Below, piece after piece: positions 1 to 9,572 of a DNA stretch of 64,000 nt; positions within the stretch are counted from its first letter, which is position 1; each line of letters begins with the position of its first letter. Where the stretch lies: NCBI GenBank assembly GCA_036804165.1, contig DAIRSZ010000001.1:11468-75467 (forward strand), given 5' to 3'. A program made the position numbers and the translations under genes. The DNA is from Catalimonadaceae bacterium (GTDB lineage Bacteria > Bacteroidota > Bacteroidia > Cytophagales > Flexibacteraceae). The notes beneath the pieces are model-generated. The model saw nothing but the letters and a program-made list of their open reading frames with translations, searched no databases and was not told the DNA's origin.

Positions 1-1005
1 GCCCTGGCGGCCAACGGCACGGCCCAATGTCGGCTCCACGCCCTCGATTTGGAAGAGACCTTTGTCTTTTCTTTGAATCAGGAAGCGCCCCTGCCTGGCC
101 ACTGGGCCAACTATCCGATGGGAATGGCGGTGGCTTTGCGGGCAGATGGGCATAGGTTGGGTGGTTTCGACTGTGTTTTTGGTGGAGACATCCCGGCGGG
201 AGCGGGGCTGTCGTCTTCGGCTGCCTTGGCCTGTGGAGTAGGGCTGGGGCTGACGGCACTCTTTGGCCTATCGGCCGATCGAACGGCGCTGGCCTATGCT
301 GCGCAACGGGCCGAACACACCTTTGCAGGGGTGCAGTGCGGCCTGATGGATCAGTTTGCCGTATTGATGGGCAAGGCTGCCCATGCCCTGCGCCTCGATT
401 GTCGGACGTTGGCGTACGAGTACGTGCCGCTGCATTTGACAGGTTATACGCTCGTGCTGGCCAATTCGGGCGTGAAGCACCAACTGGCCGACTCGGCCTA
501 CAACCAGCGTCGGGCCGCCTGCGAGGCGGGCGTGGCCGCTGCGCAACGTCGCTATTCGCAGGTGCGCAGCTTGCGCGACGTCAGCCCGCAGATGCTCGAA
601 GCTATCCGGCCCGAAATTTCGGCCGAGGTACACCAACGCTGCCAGTTTGTGTTGGCCGAAAATGCACGTGTACTGCGCAGCGAAAAGTGGTTGGTGGCTG
701 GGGATTTAGCGCAGTTTGGACAGGAGATGTACGCCTCGCATACTGGCCTTTCGAGCCAATACGAAGTGAGCTGCCCTGAGCTGGATTTGCTCGTCGGGAT
801 GGCTCGCCAGGTGCCGGGTGTGCTGGGCAGCCGGATGATGGGCGGCGGCTTTGGGGGCTGTACGCTCAGCTTGGTGGCTACTTCGGCCGTGGCGACGTTC
901 GAAACTGCGCTTGCGGCCGGCTACGAAGCCCAGTTTGGGCGCACCCCTACCTATTACCATGCCAACCCGGCAGAAGGGGCCACCGTGGGGCAACCTGGCG
1001 GTTGA
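1..1005 (+). CDS. galK: galactokinase (5' end outside window)
   Basis: Frame 1 is open from base 1, with no stop before the TTG at 49, so the gene starts upstream of the window. GHMP-kinase motif GGDIPAGAGLSSSAALACGVG and C-terminal GSRMMGGGFGGCT are typical of galactokinase. Confidence 0.85.
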   Translation, partial: ALAANGTAQCRLHALDLEETFVFSLNQEAPLPGHWANYPMGMAVALRADGHRLGGFDCVFGGDIPAGAGLSSSAALACGVGLGLTALFGLSADRTALAYAAQRAEHTFAGVQCGLMDQFAVLMGKAAHALRLDCRTLAYEYVPLHLTGYTLVLANSGVKHQLADSAYNQRRAACEAGVAAAQRRYSQVRSLRDVSPQMLEAIRPEISAEVHQRCQFVLAENARVLRSEKWLVAGDLAQFGQEMYASHTGLSSQYEVSCPELDLLVGMARQVPGVLGSRMMGGGFGGCTLSLVATSAVATFETALAAGYEAQFGRTPTYYHANPAEGATVGQPGG

Positions 1006-1107
1006 TGCGCCGCAGATTGACCCTTCCGGCAGCAATCGCTGTTAGCTACACTCACAAGTATTCTTACAAAGCACGCCCTGTCGTGCCGTTTTGTACATTG
1101 TCATTTC

Positions 1108-2916
1108 ATGGAATCTCAAGCCACCGTCAGGGATAAGATACGAGAGTTGCCCCAAGAGCCGGGCGTGTACCGCTTTCTGGATGCCGAAGGCAAACTCATG
1201 TACGTGGGCAAGGCCAAAAACCTGCGCAAGCGGGTGAGTTCATACTTCAGCAAACAACACGAAGACCGCAAAACCCGGCGGCTGGCCAGTCTGATTCGCG
1301 ACGTGGAATACACCGTTGTGGACACCGAGTTTGATGCCTTGTTGCTCGAAAACAACCTCATCAAGCAGTTTCAGCCGCGCTACAATATTTTGCTGCGCGA
1401 CGACAAGTCGTATCCCTACATCTGCGTGACGCACGAGCGTTTTCCCCGTGTGTTTCCAACCCGACAACTGGTGCGCGAATTGGGCACGTATTTCGGGCCT
1501 TACGCCAGCCTCAAGACTATGAATACGGTGCTGGGTTTGTTCAAGAAACTGTACTCTTTTCGGACCTGCCGCTACGTGCTCAGCGAAGAAAACGTACGGG
1601 CGGGCAAGTTCAAGGTCTGCCTCGAATTTCACATTGGCAATTGCAAGGGGCCCTGCGAGGGCCGGCAAGACGAAGCCAGCTACAACGAAGAAGTAGCCCA
1701 GGCTGTCCAAATCCTGAAAGGCAACCTGGGACCAGCCAAAGCTTATTTCCGCACCCGGATGCAGCATTGGGCCGAGCAATACGCTTTCGAAAAAGCCCAG
1801 TGGACCAAAGACCGCCTCGACTTGCTCGAACAGTATCAGAGCAAATCGGTCATTGTCAGCCCCACCCTCACTGACCTGGATGTCCTGAGTGTGATCACCT
1901 ACGAGAAAAAAGGCTATCTCAATTACCTAAAGGTCACTAATGGCATGGTCGTACTTTCCAAGAATATGGAAGTGAAGTTCCGACTCGACGAAACCCCCGG
2001 CGAAATCTTGGCCCTTGCAGCCGTCCGTGTGCGGGAGCAGTTCAACAGCTTGGCACCCGAGATTATCACCAACGTAGCCATGCCCCTCGAACTACCCGGC
2101 GTCACGCTCACCGTGCCCCAACGCGGCGACAAGTTCAAACTGGTCGAGTTGTCCGTCAAGAATGCCCTCTTCTTCCGCAAGGAGAAAAATCAGGCACAGG
2201 CGCCGCCTACCCAAAGCCGTCAAGAGCGCATCTTGCGGCAATTGCAAGCCGACCTGCGCCTGCCCGACGTGCCCTACCACATCGAGTGTTTCGACAACTC
2301 CAACCTGCAAGGCACCAACCCGGTGGCGGCTATGGTGTGCTTTCGCAACGGCGTGCCTGCCCGCAAAGATTATCGGCACTTCAAGATCAAGACCGTGACG
2401 GGGGCCAACGACTTCGCCTCGATGGCCGAGATTGTCTTGCGCCGCTACCGGCGCCTGCTCGACGAGGCCGAGCCGCTGCCGCAACTCATTGTCGTGGATG
2501 GCGGCAAAGGGCAGTTGAGCGCGGCCTGCGAGTCGTTGCGGGCGCTGGGGCTGTACGGCCAGGTACCCATCATCGGTATTGCCAAACGGCTCGAAGAAAT
2601 CTATTACCCCGAAGACCCCGTTCCGCTGCACATTGACAAAAAGTCGGAGTCGCTGCGGCTAGTGCAACACCTGCGCGACGAAGCCCACCGTTTTGCCATT
2701 GAGTTTCACCGTCAGAAGCGCAACAAATCTAGCTTGCGGCTAGAAGCACTCGACATACCGGGCATTGGCAAGACGACGGTTCAAAAAATTTATCGGGAGT
2801 TCCGGTCACTGCAGCAGATAAAAGCCGAAGACCGCCCGGCTCTTGAAGCCCTGGTGGGCAAGCACCGGGCCGATTTGCTCTTCGATTACCTACAAAAAAA
2901 AGAGCGTCAAACCTGA
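1108..2916 (+). CDS. uvrC: excinuclease ABC subunit C
   Basis: 602 aa with ATG start. GIY-YIG motif GVYRFLDAEGKLMYVGKAKNLRKRVSSYF. C-terminal helix-hairpin-helix LDIPGIGKTTVQKI. Confidence 0.95.
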   Translation: MESQATVRDKIRELPQEPGVYRFLDAEGKLMYVGKAKNLRKRVSSYFSKQHEDRKTRRLASLIRDVEYTVVDTEFDALLLENNLIKQFQPRYNILLRDDKSYPYICVTHERFPRVFPTRQLVRELGTYFGPYASLKTMNTVLGLFKKLYSFRTCRYVLSEENVRAGKFKVCLEFHIGNCKGPCEGRQDEASYNEEVAQAVQILKGNLGPAKAYFRTRMQHWAEQYAFEKAQWTKDRLDLLEQYQSKSVIVSPTLTDLDVLSVITYEKKGYLNYLKVTNGMVVLSKNMEVKFRLDETPGEILALAAVRVREQFNSLAPEIITNVAMPLELPGVTLTVPQRGDKFKLVELSVKNALFFRKEKNQAQAPPTQSRQERILRQLQADLRLPDVPYHIECFDNSNLQGTNPVAAMVCFRNGVPARKDYRHFKIKTVTGANDFASMAEIVLRRYRRLLDEAEPLPQLIVVDGGKGQLSAACESLRALGLYGQVPIIGIAKRLEEIYYPEDPVPLHIDKKSESLRLVQHLRDEAHRFAIEFHRQKRNKSSLRLEALDIPGIGKTTVQKIYREFRSLQQIKAEDRPALEALVGKHRADLLFDYLQKKERQT

Positions 2917-2922
2917 CGCTCT
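2893..2922 (-). terminator. rho-independent terminator of the gldKLMN transcript, embedded in the uvrC 3' end
   Basis: 9-bp stem AGAGCGTCA (2901-2909) / TGACGCTCT (2914-2922) with a 4-nt loop. On the minus strand it is followed by a T8 run, the complement of A8 at 2893-2900. It lies 23 nt past the gldN stop. Confidence 0.55.
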
Positions 2923-2944
2923 TCCGGGGAGGTATCTCACTATC

Positions 2945-3802
2945 TCAGTAATCCCAAAGGTCATTTTCCCATTCGATGATATCGTATTCTTTTTGCTGAG
3001 CGGCCAGCAAGGGGCTAGCCAGGTTGGCATTGTAGATATCCTGGAGCGCCTGGTTGCGAGGGTTCGACATCCGTACGATGTAGCCATGGAACAGGCGCAA
3101 GTCGAAGGCGTGGGCCAGGGGCTTGTCTTCCGCGCGGTTTTGCGAATTGTACCAGACCGCATTGGGGTTTTCTTCAAAAACGCGTACTAGGTCCACGTAG
3201 CGGAAAGTGCCCAAATTCTTCTCCAGACCGCTAAAGTTGTTAGGATTGTCGCCGGGCAAGATCATGGACACGGCCAGGATGTCGTAGAACATACGCGAGC
3301 GCTGGCGATCGAAGATCAGGTCTTCACAGATTTCGAGCAGACACAGTTCTCGGGGGAGAAATGCATTGGCCGTGGGGGCCGCCGCCGCCCCTCCTTCTGG
3401 GGCGCCAAAGTCACCGAAGCCACCAAAGTCATCAAACACACCGATGTCGTCGGCCGAGCCGCCACCGTCTTCGATGGTCAGGTTGGCCATAAACTCGTCT
3501 TTGGTCATGGTGGTGGTTAGCGAATCATTTTTGTAGGGCGTCAGCCGGCCTTCCTTAACGGCTTCGATAATCAGTTTGGAGATTTCGTTGCCGCTGGCAA
3601 AAAACGGTGCATTGGGGCGTTGGCGCAGATCTATCCGCCGCCAGATGCCCATCCGGTACATCACCTGTGACTTGTGGATGGGCCGCAGCGAATTGGGGTT
3701 GAAGCCCGATTCGGAGCTGTAGTCGGAGGCTTGCCCAAAACTCGCACTCGCACCCATCAGGGCAAATGCAGCGGCCAAGCAGCCTTTGATTATATTATTC
3801 AT
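2945..3802 (-). CDS. gldN: gliding motility / T9SS protein GldN (PorN)
   Basis: 285 aa with signal peptide MNNIIKGCLAAAFALMGASASFG. It is the last gene of a colinear K-L-M-N block 64 nt downstream of gldM. Size and position fit GldN/PorN. Confidence 0.8.
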   Translation of the reverse strand: MNNIIKGCLAAAFALMGASASFGQASDYSSESGFNPNSLRPIHKSQVMYRMGIWRRIDLRQRPNAPFFASGNEISKLIIEAVKEGRLTPYKNDSLTTTMTKDEFMANLTIEDGGGSADDIGVFDDFGGFGDFGAPEGGAAAAPTANAFLPRELCLLEICEDLIFDRQRSRMFYDILAVSMILPGDNPNNFSGLEKNLGTFRYVDLVRVFEENPNAVWYNSQNRAEDKPLAHAFDLRLFHGYIVRMSNPRNQALQDIYNANLASPLLAAQQKEYDIIEWENDLWDY

Positions 3803-3866
3803 ATACGCTGTGGGTTAAAAGATCGCACAAATATAGCCCCGGGTCAACCGCCCGGGGCCAATGAGC

Positions 3867-5471
3867 TTAGTTCAACTGGATGTTGATGATTGAAGCCGCA
3901 CCCGGCATAGATACGGGTTCGATCTGGTCGCGGAAGTTTTTCCGCACTACCTTCTTGACGTCAATCACAATCCGGTCACCCTTTTGGGCCATGTCAATCA
4001 TGCCCGCCAGGTTGACGTTGGGGTTGGTGGTTGTCACGCTTTTGAGCGGGCGGCTGCCACGCGCTAGAATCACTTCGGCTTCCGCAACGGCATAGCGGGC
4101 TTCTTTGGGAAGTTGCGAGGCGAAGTCGGCATCTGGCTCGGCCCGAAGGATCAGGCTACGCAGACCCGTGGCGGGTTCGCCCACTTTGGTGTTGGCCGGA
4201 CGGCTGCCCACGTAGGCCACGAGCGTAGGCTTGGGCACCGCCCGCACGCTGAATTCTTGCGAACCGATGGCGTTGCCGCCACTGCTGACGTTGAGGGTCA
4301 CCTTCTTGCTGTTGGGAATCACGATTACCTGACCTTTTTTGGCGCCAGCCAGTTGCGACCCACCGTTCACCGAAAAGGCGGGCTGGTAGGTGGCTCCGAG
4401 GGCGGGCACTTGCACGTCGAGGTCGTTGCCGCAGTTCATGTAGAGTGCCTGCACCGAAGCCGACTGAATCTGCATGACGGGTTTGGCCACAATGTATTCC
4501 TCTTCGTGAATGAAAGTGGTGTCGCCGCCCGTAGGGTTAGGCATCGTGATTTCGGCTTTCCAAGTCTGCTTGGAGTTGCCTTCGTCGTCGTACTTGTTGG
4601 CCGCTGCGCGGAATTTGATCTGGCCAATACCGTTCGGATCAACGGGCAAGTCTTTGCCCTGAAATTTCATGGTAGGCTTGATGCTGCTCGACGCCGCCGA
4701 GATAAACAGATCGGCTACGTATTCGGTGCCAGCCGCCACCACCCGCGATTCGGCCCGGGCCATGGGAAACAGTTTGTCGAACTTGAAGTCAGCAGCTCCC
4801 ACTTTGCTAGCCAGTTCGTTGAGCACTTGCGCTTCGTAGTTGGCAATTTTGGCTTGCTTGTCGCTCAGGACGGCCAGGGCCGCCACCAGCGGGGTGCTTT
4901 CAAAGTTCAGAATGGCAAAGTCCTTGTTGCGTTGGCGAGGGTCGTTCTTCACTACGGGATCGTCTTTGCCGTCTAGGGCCAAAAGAGGGAGCGAGGTACT
5001 TGCCACTTGGTTAAGATAGGCAGTGAAGTCGTTCAGATCGCTCTTGAGGGCGTAGGCCTTGCCATTCTTGCGCTCACCAGGACCAATCATCAGGTTGGCC
5101 ACGGCGTCGGCATCTTTGGCGCCGGCAAGGCGGCCGTCGCTGTCCTTACCACCCGAGCGCTCGATCAGTTCATTCTTGATCGCTTCGATCTCGGTGATCA
5201 GGGCCGAAGTGCGCTGGCGTACTTCCTGGGCACTCTTTAGCGTCACTACTTCGCCGGGCTTGTTGCCGCGCTCCTGTACCGAAGACTGGATAGACTCTGT
5301 GGTTTGGGTGTTGCGGGCCACCGCATCTTGGTAGGCCGTCTCCAGGCTTTGGCTCAGGTACTGGAACTTTTCCAGAATTGCCGAGTCCACCTGCAGGGCC
5401 AGCATCGCCAGGAACACGATGTACATCAGTCCGATGAGTCGCTGCCTGGGGGTTTCTTTTCCTCCTGCCAT
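3867..5471 (-). CDS. gldM: gliding motility / T9SS motor protein GldM (PorM)
   Basis: 534 aa. The N-terminus MAGGKETPRQRLIGLMYIVFLAMLALQV is the near-invariant GldM/PorM start with a single TM helix and a conserved Arg. Confidence 0.9.
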   Translation of the reverse strand: MAGGKETPRQRLIGLMYIVFLAMLALQVDSAILEKFQYLSQSLETAYQDAVARNTQTTESIQSSVQERGNKPGEVVTLKSAQEVRQRTSALITEIEAIKNELIERSGGKDSDGRLAGAKDADAVANLMIGPGERKNGKAYALKSDLNDFTAYLNQVASTSLPLLALDGKDDPVVKNDPRQRNKDFAILNFESTPLVAALAVLSDKQAKIANYEAQVLNELASKVGAADFKFDKLFPMARAESRVVAAGTEYVADLFISAASSSIKPTMKFQGKDLPVDPNGIGQIKFRAAANKYDDEGNSKQTWKAEITMPNPTGGDTTFIHEEEYIVAKPVMQIQSASVQALYMNCGNDLDVQVPALGATYQPAFSVNGGSQLAGAKKGQVIVIPNSKKVTLNVSSGGNAIGSQEFSVRAVPKPTLVAYVGSRPANTKVGEPATGLRSLILRAEPDADFASQLPKEARYAVAEAEVILARGSRPLKSVTTTNPNVNLAGMIDMAQKGDRIVIDVKKVVRKNFRDQIEPVSMPGAASIINIQLN

Positions 5472-5506
5472 GTTGCTTTATCTTGTTAAAGGTTTTGTGC
5501 GTAGCA

Positions 5507-6337
5507 CTACGCTTTCATGGCCGTAAGCATGCCACCATACACTTTATTGAGTCCCGACAGGTTGCCGCTCAGTTTGCCCATCTCCGTCTTGAGTTGAGTA
5601 GCGTCTTTGCTGGCTTCCGACACGGTTTCCATGGCGTTGCCCAAGTTGCCGTAAAACTTGTTGAGGGCCTTCAGGTGCGAGTTGGTATCTTTCAGCTCCA
5701 TTTCGTACACCGCGTTGAGGGCCGTCAGGTTCTTGGTTACGCTCATCACTTGCTCGTGGTACTTTTGGGCATCGGTGGTAGCGGCCGACATCGAAGACAT
5801 GGCCTTGATGGTGTCGCTGTACGACTTGGTCATGTCTTGCAGCGAGCGCGAAGCATTCTGTACGTTGACGGCGTACTCTTGCGTAGCGACGGTGGCTTTG
5901 GTCACTTCGCCCATGCTCGACACCGACGTGCTGAGTTCTTTCATGCTCGAACCCAGGCGATCGAACACGCCCTTATCAATGGCTTTGTCGAGGCGCTCAA
6001 GGATGTTTTCGGGCTTCACAACGGCCACTTCCGTACCATTGGCGCGGGGAGCTGCCGCATTGTTGCCGCTCAGTTCGGGATACACCAGCGACCAATCGTA
6101 TTCGTGGGGTTGGGGGGCAAAGGCAAACAGCAAAAAGATACCTGCCTCAATCAACATACCCACCGTTAGCATCAGGCCTGCACCAGGCCAGTGCTGCAAC
6201 TTGAAGAGGGCGCCCAAAATTACGATCGAGGCACCGACACCCGTAATCATCGGTGCATATTTCTGATAAAATACGTCGCGGAAACTGCTTTTCTTAGCAT
6301 GAGAAGTGCCTTTAGGCGTGCTTTTCTTAGTGCTCAT
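5507..6337 (-). CDS. gldL: gliding motility / T9SS motor protein GldL (PorL)
   Basis: 276 aa. Two N-terminal TM helices: ITGVGASIVILGALFKL and LMLTVGMLIEAGIFLLFAF, the second with a membrane-embedded Glu. A long helical cytoplasmic tail follows. It lies between gldK and gldM. Confidence 0.85.
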   Translation of the reverse strand: MSTKKSTPKGTSHAKKSSFRDVFYQKYAPMITGVGASIVILGALFKLQHWPGAGLMLTVGMLIEAGIFLLFAFAPQPHEYDWSLVYPELSGNNAAAPRANGTEVAVVKPENILERLDKAIDKGVFDRLGSSMKELSTSVSSMGEVTKATVATQEYAVNVQNASRSLQDMTKSYSDTIKAMSSMSAATTDAQKYHEQVMSVTKNLTALNAVYEMELKDTNSHLKALNKFYGNLGNAMETVSEASKDATQLKTEMGKLSGNLSGLNKVYGGMLTAMKA

Positions 6338-6391
6338 CAGGGAGAAAATTAAAGGTAAAAGAGAAGAGGGGTTTTAAAAACAAGAAAGATA

Positions 6392-7435
6392 CTAGCGGAA
6401 CTCGCGGCCCGAAGAGCGGCCCAAGGCCGTTACGGCACAACGGAAACCAATGTAGGATTTGGTGGTGTCTTCGTGCTCGAAAGACTTGGTACCCGTCTGG
6501 AGATAATATGCAATGTCTTTCCAGGAACCGCCGCGCACCACTTTCCGAGGCTCGTTGTCATCGTAGTAAGTCGGGTTCAGGTCCCACACTACGGGCACCG
6601 AGGCTTCGTAGAAGGCATCTTCGCACCACTCGGCTACATTGCCCGACATATCGTAGAGGCCATAATCGTTGGCGAAGTAGGCACCCACCGGCGAGGTATA
6701 AGAGAAACCGTCGTCGTAGTAGTTGCCGCGTCCGGGTTTGAAGTTGGCCAGCATACAGCCTTTGGCGTTGCGGATGTAGGGGCCACCCCAGGGGTAGGGG
6801 GCCAGGTCGCGACCGCCCCGGGCGGCATATTCCCATTCGGCTTCGGAGGGCAGCCGGAAGCTAGGCATGGGGAAAAGGCCTTTTTCTTCGCGGGCTTGGT
6901 TGAGGTGCGCCGTGCGCCAGTCGCAAAAATTGCGGGCCGCTTTCCAGCTTACACCCACCACAGGATAGCTATCGAAGGCGGGGTGTTGGTAGTAATATTC
7001 CAGCATTGGGTCGCCCATGTGGTGCGAAAAGTCCCGCATCCAGACGGTGGTGTCGGGATAGAACTCACGCATGATGCGCTCTTCGCCGTACACGTCCATC
7101 GAGTCGCTGAGCAATACTTCGACGTACTGCCGATATTCGTTGTTGGTGATCTCCGTATCGTCCATGTAAAAGGAGCCGATCGTGATCTGCTTGTTCATGT
7201 TGATCTGCGTGGCGGGCACGTCTTCGTCCGACTGACCCATGTGAAACGTACCGCCGGGGCAGGTGACCATACCGTAGGGGATGTACTGGTCCCACCCCTG
7301 ACGGTCGCCCGCGCCGACCAGTTCGCCGTCAAGTTTGCCTTTCTTGCCGCCCAGCAGTCCGCAGCCCGAGAGTACCACGGTAGAGCAGAGCGCAGAGGCC
7401 ACGAACAGCTTGTGTAAAGCGTTTAACTTATTCAT
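6392..7435 (-). CDS. gldK: gliding motility / T9SS lipoprotein GldK (PorK)
   Basis: 347 aa with lipobox LCSTVVLSGC. FGE/sulfatase-modifying-factor-like fold motifs RLPSEAEWEYAARGG, YDMSGNVAEWCEDAF and VVRGGSW. Confidence 0.9.
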   Translation of the reverse strand: MNKLNALHKLFVASALCSTVVLSGCGLLGGKKGKLDGELVGAGDRQGWDQYIPYGMVTCPGGTFHMGQSDEDVPATQINMNKQITIGSFYMDDTEITNNEYRQYVEVLLSDSMDVYGEERIMREFYPDTTVWMRDFSHHMGDPMLEYYYQHPAFDSYPVVGVSWKAARNFCDWRTAHLNQAREEKGLFPMPSFRLPSEAEWEYAARGGRDLAPYPWGGPYIRNAKGCMLANFKPGRGNYYDDGFSYTSPVGAYFANDYGLYDMSGNVAEWCEDAFYEASVPVVWDLNPTYYDDNEPRKVVRGGSWKDIAYYLQTGTKSFEHEDTTKSYIGFRCAVTALGRSSGREFR

Positions 7436-7520
7436 GTTACCTGTTAAAGATTATGAGATACTGAGTTCTAGTAAAGGCTTTCCCGCCGCCTTTGGGCGCG
7501 GCAGTACTTGTTGAGTATTA

Positions 7521-7528
7521 CAAAGGTA
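7521..7528 (-). promoter_or_regulatory. candidate Bacteroidetes -7 promoter box (TAccTTTG) upstream of gldK
   Basis: Plus-strand CAAAGGTA is TACCTTTG on the minus strand, a perfect TAnnTTTG match, about 86 nt upstream of the gldK ATG. No clean -33 TTTG at the expected spacing. Confidence 0.35.
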
Positions 7529-7639
7529 GAGGCTCCTCTAAAGTAATCGAATGGATTAAAGGAGGTATTTGCACTATGCAATATTTATCCCCTAAACGAA
7601 CCGTCCTCCCCGATTATTTCTACCCGCTCGTGCAAATCA

Positions 7640-8599
7640 TTAATGGCGGAAACGAGGTGTCCTGATTTGGGGCTTCGAACCCACCACAGCGATCGGAAAG
7701 CTGTAGGAGAGCAAAAATTCGTGCGAAGTAAATTGCTTGGCATCCCGGTTAGCCACGGTCAGGTCGAGGGCATAGCCAAAACGAAAGCGGTTGTTTTTGT
7801 CGAGTCCCAGGCCGATCATGGCGATAACGGCGTCTTCCTGGCGATAGGACAGCCCACCCCAAAAGCGCTCATTATACGTGGCTATGGTGCTTATTTCGTA
7901 AGAATAACGGTCGAAAGCCACGGACTTGACCAAAAAAGAAGGTGTCACGCGCAAAGAATAGGTGACATCGAAGTGGTAACCGCCCGTCAGGTAGAAATGA
8001 TTTTCCAGCACGGTGGCGGCGCTGTCGCCCCCGCCAAAGTCGAAGGTGGGCCGCAGCAAGTGATTGGCACTCGCACCCACAAAAAATTTCTCGGCACGGT
8101 ACCAGGCGCCCGCACCCAGATCGGGGCGCAGCGTGGTTTCGCCGCCCGTCAGGATGACGCGGTCGTTCTCCTGGTTGGGCCGCAGCAGGCTGCGGTCGAA
8201 GCCCATCGAGTAGATGCCGCCCCGCACGCCGAGGCTCAACTTGCCTTTCCCTACCTGAAGGTGGTGGGCAAATGATACCTGAGCCTCCAGGTTGTTGAGG
8301 GCCCCCACGCGGTCGTTCATCACCTGTACGCCTACGCCACTATTGAGGCGGTATAGCGGCGCGTTGAAGGTAAGCAGCTGCGTCTCGGGATTGCCGCCGT
8401 CGGCACCCGTGTAGCCCACCCACTGCGAGCGATGTATAAACGAAAAGTGGCCGCCATCGTCCATGCCTGCATAACCAGGATGCAAAAACAAGTGGTTGAA
8501 CATGTACTGACTAAACTGAGGGTCTTGCTGGGCAAAGCCGGGCAATGCCGCCGTTAGGAAGGCGAAAAATAAGATAAATGCGTAGAACGTCTTTTTCAT
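7640..8599 (-). CDS. type IX secretion system membrane protein, PorP/SprF family
   Basis: 319 aa. A signal peptide is followed by QQDPQFSQYMFNHLFLHPGYAG, the hallmark N-terminal motif of PorP/SprF beta-barrels. It sits directly upstream of gldK, as porP does in the porPKLMN arrangement. Confidence 0.85.
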   Translation of the reverse strand: MKKTFYAFILFFAFLTAALPGFAQQDPQFSQYMFNHLFLHPGYAGMDDGGHFSFIHRSQWVGYTGADGGNPETQLLTFNAPLYRLNSGVGVQVMNDRVGALNNLEAQVSFAHHLQVGKGKLSLGVRGGIYSMGFDRSLLRPNQENDRVILTGGETTLRPDLGAGAWYRAEKFFVGASANHLLRPTFDFGGGDSAATVLENHFYLTGGYHFDVTYSLRVTPSFLVKSVAFDRYSYEISTIATYNERFWGGLSYRQEDAVIAMIGLGLDKNNRFRFGYALDLTVANRDAKQFTSHEFLLSYSFPIAVVGSKPQIRTPRFRH

Positions 8600-8758
8600 A
8601 GAAGCATTTTGAAGATTTTAAAAACAAGCATCATGGACAGATTGTAAATATAACGACAATCTATCCAAAAAAAAGAGGCCTACGGGCTAACAATGCGGTT
8701 ATTTCTTATTCTTTTTTACCAAAAAAATAACGGAGAAACCCTAGAAATATTACTTTTT

Positions 8759-9547
8759 CTATTTTATATTGTTCGCCTCGCGGACGTATGCTTCCAGCGC
8801 GCCCGTCATGGAGGGGGCATTGGGCATGGGAGCTTCGATGTCGAGCGTGAGTTGGGCATCGTGCACGGCTTGCGCGGTGGTAGGGCCGAAGGCGGCAATG
8901 CGCGTGGTGCGTTGTTCAAAATCCGGGAAATTCACGAACAGCGAACTGATCCCCGACGGGCTGAAGAAAGCAATGATATCGTAGTTAACGTCGGCCAAGT
9001 CGGACAAATCGCTGGCTACCGTTCGGTAGAGCACCACCTCGGTAAACTTGAAGTGCTGGGCTTCCAGAAACTCGGGGATGTCGTTCTTACGGATGTTGGA
9101 GCACGGAAAAAGGAAGCGTTCGTTCTTGTGCTTTTTGAGCACCTCTAGCAGATCGAGGGCCGTTTTGCTGCCCGTAAAAATTTTGCGCTTGCGCACCACG
9201 ATGTATTTCTGGAGGTAGTTGGCGGTTTGGTCCGAGATGCAGAAATACTTGGTTTCGGCGGGCATTTCAATTTTGCTCTCGCTGCACACCCGAAAAAAAT
9301 TGTCAATGGCATTGCGGCTGGTAAAGATCACCGCCGTGTGCGCCAGGATATCCACTTTCTGCTTACGAAAATCGCGCAGGGGCACCGATTCTACCTGAAT
9401 AAAAGGACGAAAGTCTATCTGTAAATTATACTTCGCGGCAAGCGCATAATAAGGAGAATTGTCATCGGTCGGTTTCGGTTGCGAAACCAGGATACTTTTT
9501 ACTTGTAGAAGGCGATCCCGATTGCCCTTCACCACGGTCGTACTCAT
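8759..9547 (-). CDS. hemD: uroporphyrinogen-III synthase
   Basis: About 262 aa from the ATG at 9547; the track ORF starts one codon earlier at a TTG. Bacteroidetes HemD-like sequence ILVSQPKPTDDNSPYYALAAKYNLQIDFRPFIQVE with a two-lobed repeat pattern. Confidence 0.75.
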   Translation of the reverse strand: MSTTVVKGNRDRLLQVKSILVSQPKPTDDNSPYYALAAKYNLQIDFRPFIQVESVPLRDFRKQKVDILAHTAVIFTSRNAIDNFFRVCSESKIEMPAETKYFCISDQTANYLQKYIVVRKRKIFTGSKTALDLLEVLKKHKNERFLFPCSNIRKNDIPEFLEAQHFKFTEVVLYRTVASDLSDLADVNYDIIAFFSPSGISSLFVNFPDFEQRTTRIAAFGPTTAQAVHDAQLTLDIEAPMPNAPSMTGALEAYVREANNIK

Positions 9548-9572
9548 CAATTTCTGCGCTTTTTGGCTTGGT

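Noticed and set aside
7485-7502. GC hairpin GCCGC/GCGGC in the putative gldK leader
   Set aside because: It has only a 5-bp stem with an 8-nt loop and no flanking T-run. This is too weak to call a terminator or attenuator.
7660-7700. tRNA-like TTCGAA motif (GGGGCTTCGAACCCACC)
   Set aside because: It lies inside the 3' end of the PorP/SprF-family CDS. The flanking bases do not form a T-arm, acceptor stem or anticodon arm. I found no tRNA in any intergenic region.
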